A stretch of DNA of 63,044 bases, filler included, from Perkinsus chesapeaki ATCC PRA-425 (taxonomy: Eukaryota; Protista; Perkinsozoa): assembly GCA_013115145.1 (NCBI GenBank). It is 7 parts of 7 records of this genome, joined end to end, with 100 filler letters (N's around TTAATTAATTAA, not from the genome) between each part and the next. Parts side by side here need not be neighbours in the genome. Positions count along the whole stretch, not along the records: positions 1 to 21,841 come from JAAPAO010000588.1; positions 21,942 to 35,985 come from JAAPAO010000764.1; 5 more parts are not named here. The stretch is one strand, 5' to 3'. Of the stretch, positions 11,350 to 23,484 are shown one piece after another (position 1 is the stretch's first letter; each line of letters starts with the position of its first letter). The notes below the pieces were generated by a model. It saw only the letters and a list, made by a program, of their open reading frames with translations, did no database searches and was not told the origin of the DNA. A program made the position numbers and the translations under genes.

Positions 11350-13138
11350 ATGGCGGAGCGAAGTTTTTTCAGCGCAAGATTCGTAACAAGGTCGCTCTGG
11401 CACCTTTTTCCCCTTACGCATGAGGTTTATCCCTTCAGCCATTACTTTAATAATATTGTCCTAACTTCACATAAACCGCCTCTTATAAGAATGGCACTGT
11501 CTTCAGTAAGCTCTCCTCCTCTACCTTTACTTACTTTATAACAGGTGCTACTATACAGCACAGCAGCACTAGTAGCGACCGTTACTCTTCATCACGGGGA
11601 CAACAACGACACAATCCCGCATGAGGCTCTAATGGGCCCACTTCCCAAGGAAGTCTCCCAAGGTGGTCTTCTCCTTCTCCTTATTACCTATACCTGCCCC
11701 CTTAGGCCCGGATATCTATCGATCCTCTGTTGATCTACATAGATGGTCTCATCTCGGTTGCTACGCCCTGTCCGAGGGTGATGCTGTTATGAGGGGAGAT
11801 AGAGGAGTAGAGGTCCTTGATAAAACATGTGTAAAGGCACAATGCGAGCCTGGTAAAGCTGCCAGCGATATGCCCAAGTAGGGAAGGGTCTTTGCGCACC
11901 TATCCCACATGCCTGTGCACCCTCGGACGAACCTGGGACAGATAATTTCCCTGAAGTATAGATACGCGTACATGTGACAAATGTGGTAAATGAAGGCGGG
12001 CTCAACAACAAGAGCAAATGTTGAGCCCCCCTCAGCTGGAAGGTCTTTGATACCCCCTAGCGTCAACCTTCGGGCATATCTAACTCCACCAAGCTCTCAA
12101 GGAACTCGGCCATTTACTTGAAGCTGGGTGAATCGCTTTAGAGGATGCGGGAATGATTTCGAAACTTGTTTCTTTTGATCTCCCCTTCCCTCAGGTGTCG
12201 CAGTGGGTTCCCGTTCTATCGATTCTGGCGATCCGATAATTGTATTGAGAGAGATTGCCTAAGTGAGACGTCCTGCAAGCTGCAGTGTCTCTCTAAAGGT
12301 CTGGATGTGGCCGCCCTGGTATACGACACGGTAGATGAGGACCGCTCAGATGTGCCCAAAGAGTGCAGGTCATTTCGCATCAACAGACTTCTGTCACTCC
12401 CGCCGTAGGTGTGGCGCGTCCCAGCGATTGGCAATCTGGAAAAATTGGCACGTCCTCGAAGACCACAGCGTCGAGTTCGAAACCATTAAATATCTCTTAC
12501 CTCCTGAAAAGCTGGACAATGGCTCGTGGGTGAGTGAGATAGTTCGCCTTTGAGAGTGGATATGCCCGGGCAGGAGGAAGGATGCCAGATAGAGGCATGG
12601 GAGTTCGAAGATGATACTCCTGAGGACGGCAGTCCACCTCTGTCGATTATGGATGTGACAGCGCAGGTCGGTGGCTGCAAAGGTGTTGGCGTAAAGGCAG
12701 TTATAATAGGATGTCGACTATCAAAAGGCTGTCATTGTGGGCACTGAGGACCCCGGGGAGATCGAAGACTCCGAGCCGAATGATGACGATGAGTAAAGGC
12801 TGCAGTCTCGGGTAACTGTATCTGTATTGGGGGTGTGCAGGCGAATAGAGGCGGTTAAAGGTCGAAGGGATCGCTGTTTGATCAGCCGAGAATTGGAGGC
12901 TGCTGCCTTGGCGGCGCTAAGTGAGGTGGACGAGCGGAAAACTGGGAACGAATTTGATTAGGTGGAGGCCGCCGCCGGCAGAAGGAGAAGAGACGTATCC
13001 GTAGTACACTGGAGCCTATGGAGAAGGACCAGCAAGGAGTGCCTTATTCATCGAAGGTAGTAGTAGTGGGGCGGTGGGGAGCAGCAGCAGTATCCACGGA
13101 CATCATCGGAGGACGGTGAGGGGGAGGAGGAGATATGA
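11350..13138 (+). CDS. Hypothetical multi-exon protein
   Basis: ATG MAERSFFSARF, alternating open segments and GT-AG introns, acidic end EDGEGEEEI*. No motif recognised and the exon structure is unresolved. Confidence 0.45.
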
Positions 13139-13752
13139 GGACTATACATTAGTAATTGTTTTGATTAACTAGTAGTGTGTTATGAAAGGAGGACGCGCGA
13201 AATGCAGCGGTGGCGTCGCCCGTGTCCGCGAATATATCCCTTTTCTGTATGTCTCCATCCTACACGAAGGATTGCGCGAGTAAATGGAGCAATGTTTTAC
13301 CATTATTAACCATGATAGTCCCGGGCAGGCGACTGCTTTGCCTCTTAGAGCGAATGTAAAGGTATCAGTGAAGATAGCAGTTGCTGGGATAAGGCGATCC
13401 AAGCTACAGGGTGCGGAGAGAACTGCGGTATATTGGAGTTTGATACCAAGTATAGCAAAGCGTGGTGTGGGGAGAAAGTAAGGCCTCGGGGGGGATTCAT
13501 TGTGAAAGGAAAATTCGGGGAAGTTCTGAACGGGGTTTTAAGCCGGGTTCCGATATGCCAACAGCGTGACTTATAGTGGAGGTTAATACCAAATATTTGG
13601 TTAGAGTGCAGAAATGAAATATAACATGTGTTGTGGTAGTGGTTAGGTCAGCTGGGTGTTATAATAGAATCTATTCCGATTGGGAGGTGATCGGGTGAAA
13701 GGCCGCCCGAGCCGCACTCCTCTACTATCCTTCACTAAGTGCTGTTGATCTG

Positions 13753-16109
13753 ATGGGCCGCCATATGAACATCTCGAGATGGAAAACTTCTTCTACCGAG
13801 AGCAGCAGTAGATTTCAATCATTTTTACCAAGCATCCATTGGCTCCTCCATCGTCATACCTATCAGGAAGTAAAGGAGTGTCCAATAACCTGTGGAGTTT
13901 GTCGGCTCTACAACCGTAGTCCGTCGAATGGAGCTGATGTCCCCCTTTGGTTGCCTAATAAGGTAAGCTTGCCACCGAAACAGATGTACACGTTCAGCTT
14001 GGAGTAGATGTAGGCTACATCTACTCCAAGCTGAACGTGCTACATCATGTAGCTGTCTGGCTGGAACAGGGAAATTGATTGCGTCTTTGCACTTGTCAGC
14101 GCCCGAAAGCGTCCTACGGTCGGCAGATGGGGAAATTTCGGAGTAAAAAAGGGGTCTTTGGTGACTAGATTTGCCATGGACAAATGCCCGTGGGAAGGTG
14201 CTTTCGAACTGCAAGGGCGGCCTGCTGCTCTGCTGAAGAAGGGATGCCGATTGACAATTTTTGGCGGTTTCAGGGCGCAGACGGACAAGTGTCGATCCCC
14301 TACGTTTTCGATGCGTCGGATAAAAATATAGACTCGGGGCGGAGGGCTTTGATGAGGGAAGCAGCGGCGGCCTGGAGGGAGAATACATGTGTAGGCGGCC
14401 TGCCATGGGGGAGGGTGGGCAGGCTGGAAAGTCAGGTTAATTTCTACGAAGCCTCCCAGGCAGCAGTGAAAGATAAAAAGAGTGTTGTTGTGAAGGTGAG
14501 CCATGGTGGGGGATCTGAAGGTGCTACTACTTGTGGAAACGCGTGAATGGTGTAAGCTACTCGTGATGAGGAGGCATCATCACGGGACACTGCCTCCATC
14601 CGTATTGATATTCAAAGACCACCTCACACTTGTCTCTCGGTTTTGATACGCCCCAACGTAAAACTTCGTCTTCCTGCCAATATTAGTGGATCGCTGTTCG
14701 GCTTTCCTTTGCGTATCAATTTATGATTACAGGTGCTACTATCGGACACTGGCGAGCCCGCAGGATGTAGTGCAGGGCCGGTCGGATACCCCAGTGGGGG
14801 TCAGCAGGCTTTTATTAATCTTGGTTCGTGTGCGGACATGTCGCGGATAGGGAGTGTTGTTCATGAGCTTGGACATATCTTGGGGAGTAAGTAGGAGGAG
14901 GATGGTTTGGTCTGAGAGGGAAGTTTAAAAAGAAGAGGGTTCGAATCTGGAAGAAAATTGCTAGAAGTGAAATTAGGATGGTTAAGTTTGGGGGACTACT
15001 GTGGTGGACTTTGTATGGAGTATCAAAGTACATAAGCCAGTCGGTTCACTCAGTTAGTAATATGGAGCTAACTGCCGAGAACTTGTCCTAAAAATGGAGG
15101 TGCCCTGGTTTGAACTCGCGACCTTCTTCATGCGAAACTGGAAATGAGACCACTTGGGGGCGTATGGGAGCGTTATCATTGGCCAATAGAAGTGGGATGT
15201 TTGATAGAAAAATACGTTTTTCTGAAACGGAGAATCCCACTGTGTTATTTCTCAACATTTGTCTTCTCCCTTTTCAGTGGTCCACACCCAGATGAGAGGA
15301 GACCGAAATAAATATCTTGACATGCTTTACGATAACATTAAGCCCTCCAGCCTGAAGAACTTCGCTGTTCGACACTACTCGTAAGAAAACGCCGACCTCC
15401 TCGGACAAGGGGGAGTGGTTGGAGATAGGTACCAAGGTGTGGATGGGAGATACGCCCCGTACGACTACGGCAGTATTATGCATTACACTAAGACACAGGG
15501 CATGATAGCCGACAAGTACGATGCTTTGGCGAATCCGGGAGTGTTTAAATTAAAGGGAGAATATGAACCAGGCATCAGCGAGGTAACGGGAGAAACCCGA
15601 AATTCATTTGAGGAATATCCGAGAGTGATTCGGGTTTTCGGGTTTTGGGTTTTTGCTTTGTATGTGGTGTGGAAGGTTGGCCAGCGGGAGCACTTATCGG
15701 CAATGGATATCGAAGAAGTTAACTCCCTGTACTCGTGTAAAGTTATGACTACTACATCAGCACCGATGGTAACGACACAAGAGCCGGCGGCAACGACAGG
15801 ACAGGGCAGCTCGGCTAAGGGTAAGATTTGCTTGGATAGGAGAGGCTAGATGGATTTGATGTCGTCAGAGGGGCAATCTGTTGAGGAGATTGAAAGAAGG
15901 CTGAGGAGCGAGGAAGGTGAGTATTGCTGCGCTTGGACAAGAACAAGTGCGGAACCCATTTGTTTGTGGCGCAATGTGAAACCAAAGTAATTGTCGAGTA
16001 TCTCTTGCCAGTTCTGCACTGGACACTGCTGAGTCGGCAGTGCTGGTCGAATGTTAACGCTGAAGAACTGATTCGGGGTCTGAAAGCGCGTGTTCAGGGA
16101 GTGGTTTGA
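13753..16109 (+). CDS. Astacin-family (M12A) zinc metalloprotease, multi-exon; ends approximate
   Basis: FWRF..IPYVF..AAAAWRENTC; splicing intron 14887-15277 gives HELGHILGMVHTQMRGDR (HExxHxxGxxH); Met-turn YDYGSIMHY; GQREHLSAMDIEEVNSLYSC; Thr-rich linker. Upstream CPITCGVC resembles the end of an ShK motif (weak). Confidence 0.9.
13983..14046. repeat. Long fold-back palindrome (25-bp perfect arms, 1-nt loop) in a putative astacin intron
   Basis: 13989-14013 CACGTTCAGCTTGGAGTAGATGTAG is the exact reverse complement of 14015-14039. It extends 6 bp further with one bulge. Confidence 0.95.
15090..15140 (-). other. tRNA-Ala-like 3'-half fragment inside astacin intron
   Basis: Reverse complement CGCATGAAGAAGGTCGCGAGTTCAAACCAGGGCACCTCCATTTTT: B-box-like GAGTTCAAACC, Ala-type ...CCTCCA end, T-run. 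Confidence 0.65.
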
Positions 16110-18440
16110 TTAGTTATTCGACCACTGCTTTTCAGTCACCATAGCCCAGCGGATAGAGTCAGCAATCCAGGAAGCTGACCGTTCTGGAGGGGTCTTCACC
16201 ACCAAGGTTCGAGCAGGCCTCCTCGACGTTATCGCTGGCATTAAGGAAATGTAGCCTGGCCTACTGCGGTGGTGAGTGATGTGGTTTGTCAGGTATAAGA
16301 CAGTGTCAGAATTGGGTACGTTCACGGCATCAACACGGCAACATGAATAATAGTGAAATGCCAAAGTGTCAGTGCCGCCGCCGGGCTTTGAGTTGAGTCA
16401 ATCAATATGGCAGGATTGGATCAACAAGAAGAACTCGTCACTATATACTCATCTGTGTATCACACGTTCCGCCTGATAAGGGACGATAGGTGGAAGGCGA
16501 TAGTATAGACGCAGCTTGCCAATTTGGCATTGCCAAGGATTCACGGGTGGCGTCAAGTTTGGGCGTCCGGATAGGTTCGGCTATAGGGTAAGCAGGAAGT
16601 TGTCATCCTCCGACTCCTCTACAGTAAGTCAAATTATTGTTATGGATTGGCGACCGATACAGCCCACGAGCAGTAGCCCTGGCACCAGCGGCGGTGCCCA
16701 GCACTTCAGCCATACTGCAGCACCCACCGAGTATATCCATGATTCGGCCTCGGTAAGCCTCGGGTTGGCTTCCCAGCAGCAGCCAGGTTCGGGAGGGGTT
16801 GATTGTTGTTGTTGTTTATGTGATGGTCGGAGGTGTTGTTTTCCGCTCGATTAACGAATATCGTTATCGAGTCCCGAAAAATTAGCGGTGGATTTGTATT
16901 ATTCCAGTAATGCAATCTCCTTCTCAGAGCACCCACCATTACAGCCTGCCCACTGATAGCGTGGGATACCTCCGGTAGCAGCACATCCCTTCACCGATTA
17001 CCCTTCCACATCACTTCTCAGAGTCACCAGGCGCAGTAGCCTGAATCAGCAGCAGCCAATGGGGGTCTCGATGCAGTTCAGTCGGCCTGCGTCTGTTGGC
17101 CACCCAATTTTCAATAGCGGTCCTATACGGTACTCCTCCTCGGCGGCGGCGGCTTCACAGCATCATCATCAGCGGCAATCAGCTCATCATACCAGCTCAC
17201 CGGAGTAGTTGGCCCTCGGCTGCTGGAGAGTGGCATGCTCACTGGGTAGATACGATGATCGATTAATCGAGTCGCTGCCGCAGTCACGTGGCGAGAAAGA
17301 AGACAATTTCCCCCAGAGGAAGGTGTAAGGTTACAGTGTGAAATAATCATCACAATTTTACCATCAAATCGGTATTGCTCTAATTGCTGCGTTATCTCTT
17401 GGATTCCGAGAATTTCAGCAAAGGTGTTTGTCGGGGTTATGACCACTCCGTTGGGTATCTGATTCACTACAACTGTAATGCCGCTGTTGTGTGCACCCGA
17501 GCTCTATCGGGCTCAATGATGCTCCGCTGTCTGACAACTTTCATACCATGTCTTGGTGGTTATCTCTACCTCGAAATTCGTAAAACTCACGACTTCATCA
17601 AAGAGTAAACGACTGTTGGAGTGTGCGAAGATATCACTATTATTGATAATAGTTGGATAACTCGAAAATACAAGGGGAAGCCCGAGCCGCTCGAGCTGCA
17701 TGCCTGTCAGATCACTGCTTACAAACTGTGTTGGAGATCTGGTAAGACCTTTATCATCAACACTGTCAACCTCGACTAACAGTAAGGGCGGCTTTGGCGG
17801 GTAGGCCAGCAGCAGCCCAGATGCTCTGATAGCGAAGGGCTTTGATAGGTATAGATTGGACGCTACGGAGAGTGTAGCTAGCACGCAGGCCACCGGCAGA
17901 TTTGCTGCGTGGAGGCTGGAGGCAGCAGCAGCTGCTGCGCATCAGGATCGTCAGGGTAAGATGATATTGAATGTTGTGGATGGCGTCTGCCAGGTGCAAC
18001 ATCGCGGAGCTTGTTGTCCGCTTATTCTGGCGGTGGTGCTCTCGACAGCAGCCTGGCCTCCACGGGCGGCGGCGAGGATAAGCTCTTCAATGCCGCCTGC
18101 AACTGCGGGGCTAGAGACCAACTGCTTAAGTGCCGAGTGAGAGCCTCTGAGTGAGAATCGACTGAGATGATTGTCAGAGTCGACTGGAGCGGAATGCGAT
18201 GGAGATGAATAACAAGGTTAAGTTAGCAATACAAAGGAGAGACAGGGCCGCCAGGGGGTAGTCATAGAGGGCAGGGGGCAATGGCCTGGGGGTTAAGCTG
18301 ATACAGGCTGGAAGATGTGGAAGGTCTAAGTCGCGAGCTTGAGCTGGCGAAAAAGGATGCCCGAGGGAAACAGAGCGGATGGCAGTTGGCCTTGGATGAC
18401 GCAAGGCAGACTTCTAGTAGGTCTATGGATTATTGAGAGT
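16110..18440 (-). CDS. Probable hypothetical multi-exon gene(s)
   Basis: Chain of minus-strand ORFs (17513-17893, 17123-17467, 16706-16984, 16110-16364); no motif and boundaries uncertain. Confidence 0.3.
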
Positions 18441-18573
18441 ACTCCTTGGGGAGTTGTATCTGCGGAGGGCTGGACAAAATCTTCGTATTGTGAACTTCCA
18501 TTTGGCGATCCATCTGTAGCGCCTTCGTAACTGGTTGGGTATCTCGTAATTTACGACGATCCCAACAGCGTAA

Positions 18574-20075
18574 ATGCCGCAGACTGAGACTCGAAGGAAT
18601 CTGCGAGACTTCCGTGAAGCTCCCGACCAGCAGCATCAACCTACGGTTTCGGGGACTGTAACCGAATATGCATATTCTAGACCTTAGTATCTTTCGTACT
18701 GTGGCGCAGCTGGGTCCGTCGCAGTGGGGGGCGGACCTAGACCGCCGGCGAGGGTTAATTATAGTCCCAAAAACACAAACCCCAGCCTCGCCGCCCAAGC
18801 TACGCCAGTGCTTCCGTGGCCTACTAGACTCCTTCAGGAGAGCTCAGGGCGCAGGATTCCCAATTGATGACCAGAGAAGGCGCACTTACGCGCCGCCGAG
18901 AGGAGGTGAAAATGCCGTGGATGGGTTTCGAACCCACGATCTTTCGAATGACAGATCGGCAATCTTCGACAGAGAGTTCGTTCGAGAGAGCGGCAGGTGG
19001 ACGAGCTCATGGGAGAGACTCGAAGAGAACAGCGAAGATTGAAGGGTGAGCTCGAGGCAGCGAAGGCAACGGAAGGAGAAGTAGGTCGGAAATGTGGAGG
19101 CTGGTTCCGGCAGCAGGATTGTTCAATCAGCTCGTGTCTACTGTGGAGAGTCTACGCGAAAGCCTATCGGAGGTTCGAGAACGGTTGGTGTGCGATGATG
19201 AGAAGCTTGAAGGCATCGCGGGTGACGCGGAGGTCCTGAGGAGCATTCTAGAGGAGGTGACTGGCTTTGACGCATCGCAGTGATCATCATCCGGCTTGCC
19301 TCAAGCTGTATCTTTTGCGGCGGGACTTTGGATGTGGGCCATCTTCCTAGATTAGAAGATCATAGGAGCTAGGAGTGCTAGATGTCAGTGCTGGAGTACC
19401 GTGGGACTGTATCCCCGTTGTGTATATGGCCGAGCGTGAATATTAACACTACGTTGACGCGTGCTCCAACTAGACCGCTTAGATACCCTCCATCCTCACC
19501 GAAGTTGATTCTAATAGTGTCAGTGTGGATCGGGAGGTACGGGAATGCTGGCAGCTGCATTGTCACACGGTTGGGCAGATGAAGGAGTGTCGGGAGCGAC
19601 TGGAGGGTCTTGAATTTGAAATGGAGGACATAGAGGACGGTTTCCAGAGATTATATGGCCGACGAGAAAAAAGTGCAAATAGACTAAGGGGATTGGAAAC
19701 AGAGAAAAAGGTGAGGAGGATGGCGGGAAGCTATTGCGCAACTGGTCGGGCTGCTGCAAGTTAGATGGCGAACGCGTTTTACCTATTTTGACAAAATGTA
19801 GCACACAACGATCGCACATTGTTTTCATATTGGAATGAGAACTTGTTTGAGTAGATCTTGGGGATTATTATTTTTTAAGTATAAAGTAGACTATGATGAT
19901 GGTGGTGGTGTCTCAGGATCTCTCATCATTGGCTTTGAGGCTAGACGAGCTGCAACGGAGAGTCTGCGCTAATGAGAGCTCTCGGAGCAGCAGCCGAAGC
20001 AGTGTGACCGATGGGGAAGAAGAAGGCCGTCAACAGGTGAAGGGCGGACGATGATAGGAGCTGGTTGGAAGTGAA
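18574..20075 (+). CDS. Coiled-coil protein, multi-exon; ends approximate
   Basis: Splicing intron 18906-18954 joins LMTREGALTRRREE to IGNLRQRVRSRERQVDELMGETRREQRRLKGELEAAK; further heptad-rich exons to ~19760. Confidence 0.55.
18906..18954 (-). other. tRNA 3'-half fragment forming an entire 49-nt intron (antisense to host gene)
   Basis: Reverse complement CTGTCATTCGAAAGATCGTGGGTTCGAAACCCATCCACGGCATTTTCAC: T-arm TGGGTTCGAAACCCA, CACGGCA end, TTTT. Confidence 0.75.
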
Positions 20076-21841
20076 CTCAGGGTTCCGAGTGCTCGGATGA
20101 ACTTATACTATTGGAGAGGGAGGTGGCTTTGAACGACGAAAGACTGAAAGTGAGGAGGAGGAGCTACTGCTGCCAATGCTTACTCTGATGGGTATTCTCA
20201 GGCCTACACTCAGACAAATACTGGTGCGGTTCGACGCTTGGAGCGGGCTGAATTCCAGCTTGATGTCAGCAAGAGACAATTGGGGGAGGTGAGCAAATCG
20301 TTGAATCACAGTGCGCTTCTTATGCACGGATAGTTCTCGTGGACCTCAAGATGTATTTCGCGTCTTTTCTATTTCGAAAGTTTTTGCTCGGCTGCTCTTG
20401 AACATATAAGTGCTGATGAGTGAGGGAACTACACAGTTGTCGCCATGGACGCAGGACTCGTCGGCACCGATGACTCCTTCTTTTTTCCCAGGCTAGGGCC
20501 GAACTACAAAGGAGAAGGAGGGAAGCGACGCGGGCAAAGGTTTGAGGAATATCTTAGGTTGACCTTGATAAGGCTGTAGTCGGTATATTCGCAACATTAG
20601 GAAGTACATTATTTGAATAACCATGACTGGTTATTGTTGCCTTCCAGCGATGGCTGCGTTGTTATTATTATTGTAAAGAGAATGAAGTGTTTATAAGTGA
20701 ATACCACCATGGTTAGCCATCACGGTGATCATGCTGCTGCAGTACGATTGAGGTTTTGCTCTAAAGCGTTTATAGCGCTTCAAGATCGATAGAAGAGTTG
20801 TGTTGCTGTGGAGTAAGAGGGGCAGCGACCGTCTTGGACTAACTGCGGGGATAAACACGACAAGAGCTAAGGCGAATGCAGGTCTTGACATGCCGGCGAT
20901 CAGAGCTCACATAAGATTCTACGTCACTTCTGCTGACCGAAGTGATTAACCTGCAAAGACCTTGATAGCGCGCCAAGCAATAAGCAACAATGAATAAACA
21001 TTTGTAGACAAGCTGATGATTGTTCTAGTGTATAACTGAGTTAATGGACATGCGACTGAGTGCGTATCAAGAGCTCCATAATTCAAGCGTACGGAATGAT
21101 CATGCTTAACGCTCCTGCCGAGATGAACCACACACAAACCTGTTAGCTACCGAGTACGAAGGGAAGTCGAAAGCAACCAAGAAGAGAAGCAAGCGTGTGG
21201 AGCTCATCGTGAACTATGTTCGCCAAAGACTTTTACCAAGGCCGACCGTTAGCTTGCAATAACTTCAGTTCGGTACTTTACTGTGCAACAATCTTTGTTC
21301 GAAGGAAGTCGAGCTACCAACCAATCTATATTCTATGGTTCATGTCGCAAGGCGAATCAAAGCGGGCATGTACACGTTCCGGTCTTTACTTGAGCGGAAT
21401 GTGTCATTGACACGGTATCGATGTCTTTTTGGCGTTAGACTCGCGGTGCACAATCTGTCTCCCTCAGCTAATAATTTATAGTCACGTTAGTTCATCTCCG
21501 ACTTTTGAGGTTGTTGAACAATACCATTTCAACAAAACCCTTCCTATCCCGCCATGGAGGAGGCGTCAAACCTGACAGCCAGGGTCACAGCAGAGTGTCT
21601 GTATTTTTCGCTGGACCTGACTGCTTTGGCTATATGCCACCGGTCGCCGGCGTGTACAACATACGTGGCGCCATCGACGTCAGGGCCTACGGCTGCACCC
21701 CATACCCTCTAGAGCAGTTTACAGGGACACAATACTGTGTAGTCTGACAACTACTCTGGCCAAACTAAATGTGAAGGGCAACATGTTGCGCGCAATGTAA
21801 AATAGCAAACGGCGAAGGAGTCTTCATGTGGTGTGCACGCC

Positions 21842-21941
21842 NNNNNNNNNNNNNNNNNNNNNNNNNNNNNNNNNNNNNNNNNNNNTTAATTAATTAANNN
21901 NNNNNNNNNNNNNNNNNNNNNNNNNNNNNNNNNNNNNNNNN
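21842..21941. other. Assembly gap, N44-TTAATTAATTAA-N44 linker (same at ~35986, 40499, 41728, 60124, 61922; plain N gap at ~46797-46888)
   Basis: Identical 100-bp spacer with an all-frame stop linker recurs six times. Confidence 0.97.
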
Positions 21942-22117
21942 ATTACTAATGAGTAGTGGGCACTTCCCTTTAGATAGCTATAGGGTTTTTATTACTAATG
22001 AGTAGTGGGCACTTTCCTTTAGATAGCTATAGGGTTTTTATTACTAATGAGTAGTGGGCACTTTCCTTTAGATAGCTATAGGGTTTTTATTACTAATGAG
22101 CAGTGGGCACTTTCCTT
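21942..22117 (+). repeat. 49-bp tandem repeat, ~3.5 copies, abutting a gap
   Basis: ATTACTAATGAGTAGTGGGCACTTTCCTTTAGATAGCTATAGGGTTTTT starts at 21942, 21991, 22040 and 22089. Confidence 0.95.
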
Positions 22118-23309
22118 CCCCTCCGTCCACATCACCAATCCCTTCTGCTACATCAGCTGTAGAGGACTATGCCGCCAGAGCGGAGGAGGCATCAAGAGTA
22201 GCCACAGAAGGGGCTATAGTCGAACAACAGGCCATGGTTCATGATAGAGCTAATCGGATACAGAATGCTATAACATGTACAACGAATGTATCCGCAGTAG
22301 TAATAGGGAAGGCCCGTGTGGCTCAGGCTACGTCCAAGCCAGCAACAGGCTGGCCGAGGCAGCTTCCCTCCTTCCCAGTGCTCACCCTGATGTGGGAGCT
22401 ATCTCGCAGCATCGGGTTAGCTACGTGCACTCTTATAAGGCTAGAACTGTCTTTTGGGCAGATGGAAGTGGATTCTAGAGTAACCTACTTGAGGTCTATG
22501 ATGGATGCGGGGATGCTCCAACCTGGCTTACCGCTGGAACACCATATCAAGCCAGTAGATCGGTCTCGATATAGTGCATTTGGAGCCATGCATCATGTAG
22601 GTGTCCCTCACGATGACCTCTTCTGCTCTGGACATCGCCGGAAGGGGGCACCCTATAGGCGGCCCTAGCAGTACCGAAGTTGGGGCAGCAGCGGCACTTG
22701 GAGGACTGGGCGGTATGCTTCTATTGGGCCCACTAGGGCTCGTGGCTGGGGCCGCTGGTGCTGCCTACTGCACAACTCGTACTGATGCTGTTGGCTATGC
22801 AGCAAGAGGGGCCGGCTCTGCTACAGCTGCTACTGTCCAGCAGGTGCCCCTCTGGCGCATCACCGATTTCACAGCATATCTCTCAGGGATCGGAGTTCTG
22901 TCAGCGCTATGGGCTCGGTCAGCGGGCACAGACTATAGTATCAGGAGCTGCAGTGGTAGGTCAAGTGCTGCTGCTCGATGGGGGGAGGGGGTTAGCCGGT
23001 GTGGTTTAGAGGGCACGAGAAATCAACGACAGCTACCATGTTACAGAGAACATCCAAGCTGGGGCAGTAGCAGCCGGTAGGAGACTTTCGGAATTCAACC
23101 AGCAGTACCAAGTCACCGATAGGGTATGTCACCGCTGTTAAATGCTCGGAGGTCATCCCTCCTCAGGTTGGGGCTGGTCTTGCACGCGGCATGAGCGCCA
23201 TAGGTGGATGGTTGTCAGGCAATCCACAGGTGAGATATCTTGTACAGTAGCTGTGCTGCATGCTGTGAACAGGTCCGTAGAGCCTGACTATAGCAGTGCC
23301 ACCACGTAG
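22096..23309 (+). CDS. Hypothetical multi-exon protein with a glycine-zipper-like segment
   Basis: GAAAALGGLGGMLLLGPLGLVAGAAGAAYCTTRTDAVGYAARGAG, then a repeated ELNDSYHVTE / EFNQQYQVTD motif. Confidence 0.55.
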
Positions 23310-23484
23310 ACATGCTATCATTTTTAGATGTACCCATTAGGATTGGTGCCCGATTCTGATTGTTCTTTCATTTGACTATATCAGGGCACACGTAATTTTG
23401 GCACCCTTTTGTAGATCTCACACTTTAATGTTGGGTTTAGCAGTTCACAGTGTAGCTAGAGGTGTCAGATAAATTCATTACTGT

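Noticed and set aside
15593-15655. Telomere-like GGGTTTT units with an AAACCCGAA/TTCGGGTTT inverted repeat in an astacin intron
   Set aside because: Only about three imperfect units and a 9-bp stem; too short to support.
21886-21897. TTAATTAATTAA motif recurring six times
   Set aside because: Always centred in 100-bp N blocks: a scaffolding linker.
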